Source: Candidatus Bathyarchaeota archaeon
GTDB lineage: Archaea; Thermoproteota; Bathyarchaeia; Bathyarchaeales; Bathycorpusculaceae
Direction of reading: 5' to 3'
NCBI GenBank assembly: GCA_963772455.1
Contig: CAVYXJ010000013.1
Location: 32,001-96,000, forward strand
DNA length: 64,000 nucleotides
The position numbers were made by a program, and so were the translations under genes. Shown here piece by piece: positions 55,351 to 63,811 of this stretch (positions are counted from its first letter, which is position 1; each line of letters opens with the position of its first letter). The notes beneath the pieces were generated by a model, which was not told the DNA's origin, made no database searches, and saw only the letters and a list, made by a program, of their open reading frames with translations.

Positions 55351-56130
55351 GACACCATAATAGTTCAGTAGCAGAGGAATTGTCCATAAGGGAAACTCTG
55401 GAACTGTCGGGGTGGGTGTCGATGATGTTATGGTTGGAGTTGGTGTTAAATTTGGTGAGGGTGAGGTTGAAGTGGAAGTTGGAAGAGGTTCAGGATAAAT
55501 CAATGTTGGATATGGGGAATTATCAATACTGCTTGCAAAAACGTTTGCAGTATCACTTTGGTTAATTGTCACAGTAAGCGTATTGCTCCATCCACTATCT
55601 TGACCATTAATCACGGGATAGGGAAAAAGTGGTTGTATAACCCAGCTTTGGTAGCCAATCATAGATATTACTTGAACATCAATCACTGAACCTTTAGAAA
55701 AATCTTGGTGGATAGTGAAATAGGTAAAAACAGAACTATAGTTTCTATTTAGGAAGCCCTCGTCTTCTCCGCCATAAAGATATTGCCAATATTCACCAAA
55801 GTGTCCCTTATAGCGGACATTGTAGAAGAAGTTAAGGTCACGTCTTGTACCATTGGGGTTTGTTAGTACAAACTGGTTGAAGGGTTGATTTTTGATTTTC
55901 CCTTCAATTTTTATATCGGTAATATGTCTGCTGGGAATAGTCGTTTGTTGCCCAGTATAGGGGTCTGTTTGGATTGTTGCAGTAGTATCATATGAATTAT
56001 CAACCACTTGGATAGAAAACTGCGGAACAGATGGTTTAGGAATAGTTTGAGCATTGACGGATTCTGTCAAAAATACAGAGAAGGCTAAGATAACTACAAT
56101 TAGTACTGAGAAACCCTTGATACATTCCAT
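55309..56130 (-). CDS. Surface protein cassette, AQTIPKPSVPQF family, PEF-CTERM-like (frameshift near 55363 in the TM)
   Basis: Start MECIKGF; TVPEFPLW; SAGLLVYHKKHK lies in the adjacent frame. Confidence 0.82.
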   Translation of the reverse strand: MECIKGFSVLIVVILAFSVFLTESVNAQTIPKPSVPQFSIQVVDNSYDTTATIQTDPYTGQQTTIPSRHITDIKIEGKIKNQPFNQFVLTNPNGTRRDLNFFYNVRYKGHFGEYWQYLYGGEDEGFLNRNYSSVFTYFTIHQDFSKGSVIDVQVISMIGYQSWVIQPLFPYPVINGQDSGWSNTLTVTINQSDTANVFASSIDNSPYPTLIYPEPLPTSTSTSPSPNLTPTPTITSSTPTPTVPEFPLWTIPLLLNYYGVICWFVGLPQKTQT

Positions 56131-56947
56131 GTTTAAGGTTAGGGTTGGTTTGTAGATAAAAGACTTCTCGTACAAGACTCTTGACTAAGAGCAGTAAAAC
56201 TTTCTTGACTAAGTTGTGTTTGTGTTTTTTGTGGTAGACCAACAAACCAGCTAACACCAGCGTTATTGTTAGTAGTAGCGGAATTGTCAATGAGGAAAAC
56301 TCTGGAACGGTAGGAGTTGGCGTTGAATTAGGTGAGGGTGAAGTTGAAGTGGAAGTCTCAGGTATGGTTATTGTTTGTGTTTTACTCCAACCACTTGCTT
56401 CACCTGTAAAAACCCAAGGAGCCAAAGGTAGTTGCTGGTCTCTGAAGGAATTGCCTATCAACGCTTCAACTTGAAAATCTGCTTGACTGCCTGAAGGAAT
56501 ACTCAAAATTCTTAGACTCGAATGCAAAGACTCTGCTCCCGACAAAGCGAATGAAATGATGGTACTTTGATTTCCTGAATCTTGACTTGGATATGCATCA
56601 GGACTAAAAAGCTCCTGCCAATCGGTTGAAGAATGTTCCTTCCAGCGAACATTATAGAAAAATCCAATTCCAAAGGTATCATCAACATAAGGTTGATTCT
56701 TAATAATTATCTTTACGGCACTATATTCCATATGATATCCATTATCATTAGCTTCAAACAGTCCAGTGCTGGGATTAAGAGAGTAAGTTGGTGGTTTGTC
56801 AAAAGATGGACCTATTAACTCTAAGGTGAATTGCGGAACAGATGGTTTTGGTATTGTTTGAGCATTTACAGATTCAACCATCAGTAGACTTAGACTTGAG
56901 ATAGCCATTGTTAAAATCAGAACTATTGCTAAATTCTTGCTATTCAT
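56036..56947 (-). CDS. Surface protein cassette, AQTIPKPSVPQF family, PEF-CTERM-like; usual stop lost
   Basis: TVPEFSSL + TM + LLVYHKKHKHNLVKKV, then reads through J7. Confidence 0.82.
   Translation of the reverse strand: MNSKNLAIVLILTMAISSLSLLMVESVNAQTIPKPSVPQFTLELIGPSFDKPPTYSLNPSTGLFEANDNGYHMEYSAVKIIIKNQPYVDDTFGIGFFYNVRWKEHSSTDWQELFSPDAYPSQDSGNQSTIISFALSGAESLHSSLRILSIPSGSQADFQVEALIGNSFRDQQLPLAPWVFTGEASGWSKTQTITIPETSTSTSPSPNSTPTPTVPEFSSLTIPLLLTITLVLAGLLVYHKKHKHNLVKKVLLLLVKSLVREVFYLQTNPNLKHGMYQGFLSTNCSYLSLLCIFDRIRQCSNYS
56156..56251. repeat. Cassette junction repeat J7
   Basis: GTACAagactcTTGAC (56170) + GTAAAactttcTTGAC (56194) + tail DNA. Confidence 0.9.
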
Positions 56948-58184
56948 TGGTGGTCCTTCTATGCTTGAGGTAAACTGCAGCTAAGAGTACAGGCACAAAG
57001 AATGTTAAAATTGCCAATACTGGAAACTCTGGAACGGTAGGTGTAGCTGTTGGTGACAAGGTAGGTGTTGGTTTAGGGGTTGTTGTAGGGGTTGAGGTGG
57101 GAATCGTTGGTGCTTCAGGGTTTGGTGCAGTTAAAAAGGGTGTGAAATTGACTGTACCTAAATTGAAATCATTCTTTTTATCATGGATTGTTTGGCTTAT
57201 CATTGCTGAATTGGTTGTTCCCCACCAATTATTAGTAGCATCCACATTTTCATTAGCTTCTGGAGCTAAGTGTATGTTTTCAGAGTTTCCGTAGATATTG
57301 TTGTTATTAATGCGTGGAGTAGGGTAGGCGATTATGCCAACTGTATTGTTAACTATTGTATTCTTTAGAATAATGCTATGGCTTGCCACTATTCCTTGAT
57401 AGTTATTGATGACTATGTTTTCTTCAACCCTGCAAGAAGGACCTGATTTGATCCCAACTTTGCACCCATAGACTGTATTATTAGATAGAACATAGATGTC
57501 ATGAAAACTGTTGTAAATAATGCCTATTTCTCCACCAATAACCGTGTTGTTTGAAATCGTGGAGGCATCATCGTCTGTATAAATTCCCCAATTAATGTTA
57601 TGAACTACATTGCCTGAAATCGTTGCTGAAGACTTAAAAATTGACATCGTATCCCATTCGCCAAATATTTCATTGTTCGTAATTATAGTTGAACTATATT
57701 GACAGCTTATGTATCCTGTTATTGTGTTGTCGTTTATTTTTGGGGATGTGCCATTAATTTTTATCCAGATTGATTTTAATATGGAGTTTTCTATTATGGA
57801 GCCTAATTGTGTGTTTTTGTTCCAGCTTGGGCTTGGATTCATAAATTCGATATATGATGCTCTATTATCGCCACCGTTGAAATTTACTTTTTCAGTGTTG
57901 CTGCCTTTTGCATTTATTGTGCCATTTACTAATAGGTAATGGTTGTTAAGGTTTACAGTGGCTCCAGAATCAATTGTTAATGTTGCTCCTTGACTTATGG
58001 CTACAGGACCTGCAAGATTGTATGGGCTGTTTGCTTTGGTCCAAGTTGTATCTGAGTTTATTATCATACTGTTGATGGTAGTACCGTTTTGAGCTAATCC
58101 AAAAGGTGTAGTTCCAACAATTATTAAACTCGATACAGCCATAATTAGAACAAGGAATACTGCAAAACTCTTACTTACACCCAT
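56940..58184 (-). CDS. Surface protein cassette: right-handed beta-helix, PEF-CTERM-like
   Basis: TTWTKANSPY, beta-helix repeats, DATNNWWG, TVPEFP + TM + KHRR. Confidence 0.87.
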   Translation of the reverse strand: MGVSKSFAVFLVLIMAVSSLIIVGTTPFGLAQNGTTINSMIINSDTTWTKANSPYNLAGPVAISQGATLTIDSGATVNLNNHYLLVNGTINAKGSNTEKVNFNGGDNRASYIEFMNPSPSWNKNTQLGSIIENSILKSIWIKINGTSPKINDNTITGYISCQYSSTIITNNEIFGEWDTMSIFKSSATISGNVVHNINWGIYTDDDASTISNNTVIGGEIGIIYNSFHDIYVLSNNTVYGCKVGIKSGPSCRVEENIVINNYQGIVASHSIILKNTIVNNTVGIIAYPTPRINNNNIYGNSENIHLAPEANENVDATNNWWGTTNSAMISQTIHDKKNDFNLGTVNFTPFLTAPNPEAPTIPTSTPTTTPKPTPTLSPTATPTVPEFPVLAILTFFVPVLLAAVYLKHRRTTNE

Positions 58185-58207
58185 AGTCAACTTATAGAAC
58201 TCATTTT

Positions 58208-58266
58208 AGATAAAAGACTTCTCGTAAACGTCTATTGACTAAGCCAAGTCAAGGTTTCTTAACTAA
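58208..58266. repeat. Cassette junction repeat J8
   Basis: agataaaagacttctcGTAAAcgtctaTTGAC + GTCAAggtttcTTAAC, 24 bp apart. Confidence 0.85.
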
Positions 58267-58351
58267 CAAAAGGTAGACCTTCCACCTCGCCGCCATTCCT
58301 ATAAAGGTGCATCCGGACAACAGACACGTGTAAAACGTGGAGGTCAACAAA

Positions 58352-58633
58352 ATGATAACACAAGTTAGTTCAACAATCGAGTTAAACCCTGAATTAGCGA
58401 ATTTAGCCTATGAAATGGGTTTAAATGCGTCAAAAATCTGTGAAAACGCCCTTAAATCGGCAATAAGGTGCCTTCAAGGCGTGAACTTGAATAAGTGTTT
58501 GGTGGACGAGCCGGGATTTGAACCCGCGACCTCCACGATGCCAACGTGGCGATCATGCCAGACTGATCTACTCGCCCAAATTTATCTGGCTTCTGAAAGT
58601 TACCCCGCCTCATTTAATAAGCGTTTCTTATAG
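58352..58633 (+). CDS. int(N) fragment (RHH/CcdA-like), reading antisense through tRNA-Ala
   Basis: Nearly identical to the first ~65 aa of the 48374 integrase; diverges at the att crossover. Confidence 0.8.
   Translation: MITQVSSTIELNPELANLAYEMGLNASKICENALKSAIRCLQGVNLNKCLVDEPGFEPATSTMPTWRSCQTDLLAQIYLASESYPASFNKRFL
58500..58577 (-). tRNA. tRNA-Ala(GGC), integration target
   Basis: GGGCGAG...CCACG-TTGGCAT-CGTGG...GGTTCAAATCC...CTCGTCC-ACCA. Confidence 0.95.
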
Positions 58634-58821
58634 AGCCAAGGAAACCATCAAAAAACATTGTTGGAAAAACTTAGATGTTGTATCGACTGAAAGAAGTTAA
58701 CTCTAAGCAATGAATTTTATTATTGCTTTTTTTTAGGGCTTTTTCGACATTAATTCCGGTTCCAAAGGTTTATGCGGCGTAGCTTTTTATAAGGCAAACG
58801 CAAATAGAAAAGCCAAGCAAG

Positions 58822-59886
58822 GTGCAAAAAGTAATGCCTAAAGTTAAAGTTGCATTAATCGGCGTTGGAAACTGCGCCTCATCATTCGTTCAAGGCATCC
58901 AATACTATGGAAAACTTGAGAAACCACAAGACTGTTTTGGATTACGTAACCCAGTTCTAGCAGGTTTAAGTCCCAAAGACATCCAAGTAGTCGCGGCGTT
59001 TGATGTGGATGATCGCAAAGTCGGCAAAGATCTCTCTGAAGCGATTTTCGCCACCCCAAATAATGCACCCAAAGTTTGTGATATCGCTCCAACAGGTGTT
59101 AAAGTCAGTAAAGGTCCATTGCTCGACGGTGTTGGAGATCAAACTAAAAAAATCGTTCAAGTCAGCAAGTTACCAGATGCAGACGCTGTTAAAGTTCTTA
59201 AAGCAGCAAGCGCAGAAATCCTGATTAATTTGCTTCCAAGTGGAGCCACAAAAGCATCCCAATGGTACGCAGAACAAGCACTTGCTGCCGGCTGCGCTTT
59301 TGTTAATGCTACACCAAACTTTATAGCAAGCGACCTTACATGGGCTAAAAAGTTTGAGGCAGCAAAGCTTCCGCTTGTAGGCGACGACTTAGTTGATCAA
59401 GTCGGATCAACTGCCCTCCACAAGACGTTGCTTAAATTGCTCTCAGATAGTGGTGTTCGAATTGACGAAACCTATCAGCTTGATGTGGGTGGAGGAACTG
59501 AATCCGTTGATACCATGGATCGATCACGCGATGCAAAACGTACAATAAAAACTGAATCAGTGGCAGCATCAATACCTTACAAAGCCGAAATAGTCGCAGG
59601 CTCAACCGACTATGTAGATTTCCTACAGAACAAACGTGATAGTTACTTTTGGATAAGCGGTGCCTACTTCTGCAATGCACCCATGAAAATCGACCTTAAA
59701 TTCCAAACTGTGGACGCACCTAACGCTGGAAGCGTTCTCTTTGATGTAGTGCGAGCAGTAAAATTGGCCTTGAACAAGAAACTCAACGGAGCAGTAGAGT
59801 CAGTTTGCGCTTACGGATTTAAGCGTCCACCGAAAATGGTGTCGCTTGAAGTTGCAGAAAAAGAATTCGCAAAATTCATAGCTTAG
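58822..59886 (+). CDS. ino1: myo-Inositol-1-phosphate synthase
   Basis: GVGNCASSFVQG, AFDVD.RKVG, GDD, YQLDVGG, DAPNAG, K.PP. Confidence 0.9.
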   Translation: MQKVMPKVKVALIGVGNCASSFVQGIQYYGKLEKPQDCFGLRNPVLAGLSPKDIQVVAAFDVDDRKVGKDLSEAIFATPNNAPKVCDIAPTGVKVSKGPLLDGVGDQTKKIVQVSKLPDADAVKVLKAASAEILINLLPSGATKASQWYAEQALAAGCAFVNATPNFIASDLTWAKKFEAAKLPLVGDDLVDQVGSTALHKTLLKLLSDSGVRIDETYQLDVGGGTESVDTMDRSRDAKRTIKTESVAASIPYKAEIVAGSTDYVDFLQNKRDSYFWISGAYFCNAPMKIDLKFQTVDAPNAGSVLFDVVRAVKLALNKKLNGAVESVCAYGFKRPPKMVSLEVAEKEFAKFIA

Positions 59887-59889
59887 ACG

Positions 59890-60990
59890 CTAAAGCTTTT
59901 CCAACGCGTCAACTATTTTCTCTTTTATCCCATTCTGTTTTAGCGTATCTTTTAGTATGTTTATAGTCTTTACAGGTGTTGGGTCAACTCCGCGCACCAC
60001 GGCTAAGTAGACGCTTATAAAATCACCGACAAGTATGGTTGAGAGCATCTTTGCCAAAGAGCTTTTGCCCTGCACTTCCAAGTCAAACATTATAAAACCC
60101 GCTTTTTCCATGATTTGCTTAGTGATTTCAATTCGACTCTCAATTTCCACCGGTTCATCGGCATCACGGATGAATATTACTGAGAACCATTTGCACTGTT
60201 CACCCCTGCCTTCCCAACCAACAATCTCATTATGATCCAGTTCTGGGAAATATTCCCATTTGGCTGCAGATTTGCTGTTCTCGTTAAACTGCTGCTTAAA
60301 CCGCTGGGCAACACCGCGGTAGAACCCAAACCCGTAAACTACGGGCGTAGATTCATCGATGTATTGGGCAACGTTTTTTGCAAAGTTCTCATTCGTTGGC
60401 TTTTGAGGCGAGTTGTCATCACTGATTTTTTCAAGAAGACTAAACGCTTCGTTTAGCTCTTGAGTCACGCCTTTAACTAACCTTGCTTTCTCCATGTAAA
60501 CCAGAAGCGGCACAAGCATATACGGCAAGGCTGCACGCGGAGGCATTCCAGCGGGAACCTGCAGGTGGGGCACTTTGTGCTTCTGAGCGTACTTGATGAG
60601 TGCGCCGCCACTGCTAATGCAGTAAATCATGCATTTGCGTTTGAGGGCATCGAGAAAGCTGCTCAGAGTTTCTTCGGTGTCGCCCGAATAACTCGTGATG
60701 AAAACCAGCGTTTTCTTGTTCGCGTACGCTGGCAACTTGTATTCTCTGCTAATCTCGATAGGTACGGTTAACTGGGTTTTTGCCCAGTCTTTAAGTAAGT
60801 CGCCGCCGATGGCTGAACCGCCCAAACCTGCCACTACAATATTGCTGGGCTTGGGGTAATCCACAATAATTCTGTCGGCGATTTTTGCGGCTTCGCGGTA
60901 ATGTTTAGAAGCGTTAACAGAAAAATTCAGCATACCGCTTTTATCGACTGCATTTATTCTTTCAACGTTATCTAAAAGCGCTGTTGGCAA
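59890..60990 (-). CDS. Bifunctional phosphoglucose/phosphomannose isomerase
   Basis: GLGGSAIGG, SYSGDTEET, PRAA, NENSK, PELDHNEI. Confidence 0.93.
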   Translation of the reverse strand: MPTALLDNVERINAVDKSGMLNFSVNASKHYREAAKIADRIIVDYPKPSNIVVAGLGGSAIGGDLLKDWAKTQLTVPIEISREYKLPAYANKKTLVFITSYSGDTEETLSSFLDALKRKCMIYCISSGGALIKYAQKHKVPHLQVPAGMPPRAALPYMLVPLLVYMEKARLVKGVTQELNEAFSLLEKISDDNSPQKPTNENFAKNVAQYIDESTPVVYGFGFYRGVAQRFKQQFNENSKSAAKWEYFPELDHNEIVGWEGRGEQCKWFSVIFIRDADEPVEIESRIEITKQIMEKAGFIMFDLEVQGKSSLAKMLSTILVGDFISVYLAVVRGVDPTPVKTINILKDTLKQNGIKEKIVDALEKL

Positions 60991-61080
60991 CTTGGGTCCT
61001 CCAAATAACACGCAGTTTTATATCTCATCCCTGCCTTTTAAGCACACCGCAGACAAGTAAGCGTTGAGGGAAAGGGCAGC

Positions 61081-61932
61081 ATGAATAGAAAGAAACTTTC
61101 GATCGCAATTCCGGCATCTACAATATCTGACACTCCGCATCCAAGGGAGAAAACAGCTAAAATCGGGTTGATTGGGCGGGCAGCGGCGATTTTTCGAGTG
61201 GATGAAATAATAGTTTACCCCGACAACAACGAGGTGGACCAGCGTAGGCACCTAGATTATATTGCTCTTATACTCAACTACTTGGAAACCCCTCAGTACC
61301 TTCGAAAGGCGCTCTTCAAACTTGATCCGGATTTGGAGTTTGCGGGAATTCTGCCTCCATTACGTACTCCGCATCATCCTTTGAGCGGTAAAACTAAGCA
61401 TTTGCAAGTTGGCGAGTATCGTGAAGGCTTGATTTTGTCTGAGGTTAAAGAGGGGTTAGTTGTGGATATTGGTGTTCAGCAACCAGCTCTTTTGAGACAA
61501 AAACAGTTTGCCGTTGGCAACCGCTTAACCCTGCAAATTGTTAATGTTGGCAAACAGATTGAAGTTCAAGCTGCAAACCGCGAGGATGTTCCACAATATT
61601 GGGGTTATAACGTTCGCGTTGAGAAGCGTTCTTTTGGTCAATTAATGTTTGATAGGGATTTTGATTTGAAAATTGCTACGGCAAAGATAGGTGACAATTT
61701 CATTGATGTTGCCAACAAAATAAATGCGAAATGGCGGAGCAGCCAAAATGTCTTAGTAGCGTTTGGTGCGCCAACCCGAGGATTACATGAAATCGCCGAA
61801 GATGAAGGCTTAAAACTGGGAAGCATCGCAGATTTTGTGGTTAACATGGTGCCTAATCAAGGAACTTTGACCGTTCGCACAGAAGAGGCGCTTTTTGCTT
61901 CCTTAGCCATTCTAAACATACATTTCAACTGA
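61081..61932 (+). CDS. SPOUT-class RNA methyltransferase (SPOUT1/C9orf114-like)
   Basis: RAAAIFRVDEI, ETPQYLRK, LPPLRTPHH, PNQGTLTVRTEEA. Confidence 0.9.
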   Translation: MNRKKLSIAIPASTISDTPHPREKTAKIGLIGRAAAIFRVDEIIVYPDNNEVDQRRHLDYIALILNYLETPQYLRKALFKLDPDLEFAGILPPLRTPHHPLSGKTKHLQVGEYREGLILSEVKEGLVVDIGVQQPALLRQKQFAVGNRLTLQIVNVGKQIEVQAANREDVPQYWGYNVRVEKRSFGQLMFDRDFDLKIATAKIGDNFIDVANKINAKWRSSQNVLVAFGAPTRGLHEIAEDEGLKLGSIADFVVNMVPNQGTLTVRTEEALFASLAILNIHFN

Positions 61933-61986
61933 CGTTTTTTACTCTAAGTTTTTTAGATGTTTTGGCTAAAGGCATAAAAGCCTCTT

Positions 61987-63124
61987 TTGTTTATTGTGGA
62001 GTCTATGCCCTCTCTTGACCTTGCCATGCCAACTGCGCTTTTGATTGTAGTGATCGTTGCCATGTTCTTAAATAAGCGAGCTGAAGGTAAATTGGCGGCG
62101 ACAGTCGAGCAGAAAGAATTCAAGACCCGAGACATCATTCTTCTAGTTATCTTCATAGCAATTGCAATTTCAGTGATCGCTGTCACTTCAATGCTAAACC
62201 TAGGAGAAATCTTCCCAAACATCCTCATGATAGTTTTCCTATCCTCCTACACTATGCTCCTATTTACCTTTGCACTCGTTTTCTCCAACCTGACCAGAAT
62301 TCGGGTGCAATTACTCTCAACAGGATTCGGAATCATAAGCTTGATTGCAGGGGTAGCTAGCCTTCTTGGTCAGCTGGCTGATGCCTATACAATCTATAGA
62401 GCAATTGCGTTTTTTGTGCTCACAGCATTATGCTTCGGAGTAGTAGTTTATGAACAAAAAAATGTTATCTCAAAGACACGGTGGTATTTGGCTGCTCAAC
62501 CACCAGCAATATTTGTCTTACTTGTTCGCATTCTTCAATGTTGCATATGGAGGGACTGTCAGCGTTTGGTTCCCAATCCTAATGGATGTATTCGGATTCA
62601 CATTCGCTATTTTAATCATAATGTATCTTTCATCCATGTTTAACTGGAAAACAGTGGGAATTTTTGCAGTGCTACTAACTATACTAGATGTCATACTGGT
62701 CTTTAGTGGACCAATGGTGACAGCGGCACGCACATTCACTGGACTGGGTCTTCCAGTTCTGGTTTACCTGCCAAACTTCCCAGTTATACTAAACCAAGCA
62801 GGCGAAATTGGACTCCGCGGGCTAGGCCTTGGCGACTTCTTCTTTGCGGGGATTCTCGCCGTCCAAACATTCAAGCAGTTCGGCAAAAGAACCGGAATCA
62901 TAACGGCTGTTGCAATGGCTTTAGCTTTTGGAATTTGGGAAGCCTTTTTACCTGAAATAACAAAGTATTTCAATATAGGAGGTTTCCCTGCGACTGTGTG
63001 CATCATTACCGGTTGGTTACCAATCGTCGCATGGAAACTGCTAACTACAAGAAACCAACCTAAATCCATTCCACTTGTTGAACAAACCGGGCAACCAGTC
63101 GAGCCGCCACCAAATTCCCAATAA
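61987..63124 (+). CDS. Presenilin/SPP-like GxGD intramembrane protease (frameshift near 62520)
   Basis: Multi-TM; ILDVILV, GLGLGDFF, FPAT (PAL-like). Confidence 0.8.
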
Positions 63125-63218
63125 ATTTATCACATCACAATTAAAAAAAACGCTAATTTTAATATAAAGTAAAATATTTTTGGGAAAAAATAAAATATAA
63201 AATAAAGTAAGGCTTATT

Positions 63219-63536
63219 TTACCCGAATAGGGCGCCTAATCCTTCTAGTGCTGCATCTTCCTTGGCTTTCTCTTCTTCAGCTTTCTTCTTCTTGTCTTCT
63301 GGTGCGGCTGCTGCTGGTTTTGCTTCTCCTGCTGGAGCGATTGGAGCTGCTGCCATCATAGCTGGTGCGGCTTTGATTGCTTCTTCAATGTTTACTTCAC
63401 TGAGTGATGCAACGAGTGCCTTTACTTGTATAGGGTCAACGGTGACGCCTGCTGCTGTGAGAACTTTTGTTACTGATTCTTCGTTAATTTCTTTTCCTGC
63501 CTTGTGAAGGAGCATTGCTGCGTAAATATTTTCCAT
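63219..63536 (-). CDS. rpl12: 50S ribosomal stalk protein P1 (L12)
   Basis: IYAAMLLH, Ala-rich hinge, GLGALFG. Confidence 0.97.
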   Translation of the reverse strand: MENIYAAMLLHKAGKEINEESVTKVLTAAGVTVDPIQVKALVASLSEVNIEEAIKAAPAMMAAAPIAPAGEAKPAAAAPEDKKKKAEEEKAKEDAALEGLGALFG

Positions 63537-63811
63537 ACTTTTTCACCTCTCAATTGCACTATTTTTAACTTTTTTATTGGTCTGATCCGCTTCGAATTTG
63601 AAGCTGATCGTTACCTGAAATGGCAGTTTTATCCGCCGTTTTCTTGCCGTTTAACAGAATACCCGATGCCTTATGAACCTTTCGTACATGCATTATACAA
63701 GTCTAAAGTCATATTTTTCGTTATAGATTCAAAATAAAATATTGTGAGTCACCAATAACATTATCTTGAAGAACAAACCACAAATGCGCATAGCTTGCAG
63801 GTCATGAGACA

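Larger units (their letters stand above)
48522..58545. mobile_element. Element A: ~10-kb element integrated at tRNA-Ala(GGC)
   Basis: Direct att repeats at both ends, int(C) inside left end, int(N) inside right end, small plasmid/virus-like genes and 6 surface-protein genes. Confidence 0.9.

Noticed and set aside
43838-58184. Classical integron or diversity-generating retroelement
   Set aside because: No attC-type RYYYAAC...GTTRRRY hairpins, the integrase is SSV-type rather than IntI, and there is no reverse transcriptase or adenine-specific TR/VR pair.
45038-58266. Junction repeats as a CRISPR array
   Set aside because: Repeats are degenerate and about 1 kb apart with whole genes between them; no cas genes.
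48522-58545. Element A as a provirus
   Set aside because: No recognisable capsid, packaging ATPase or replication gene.
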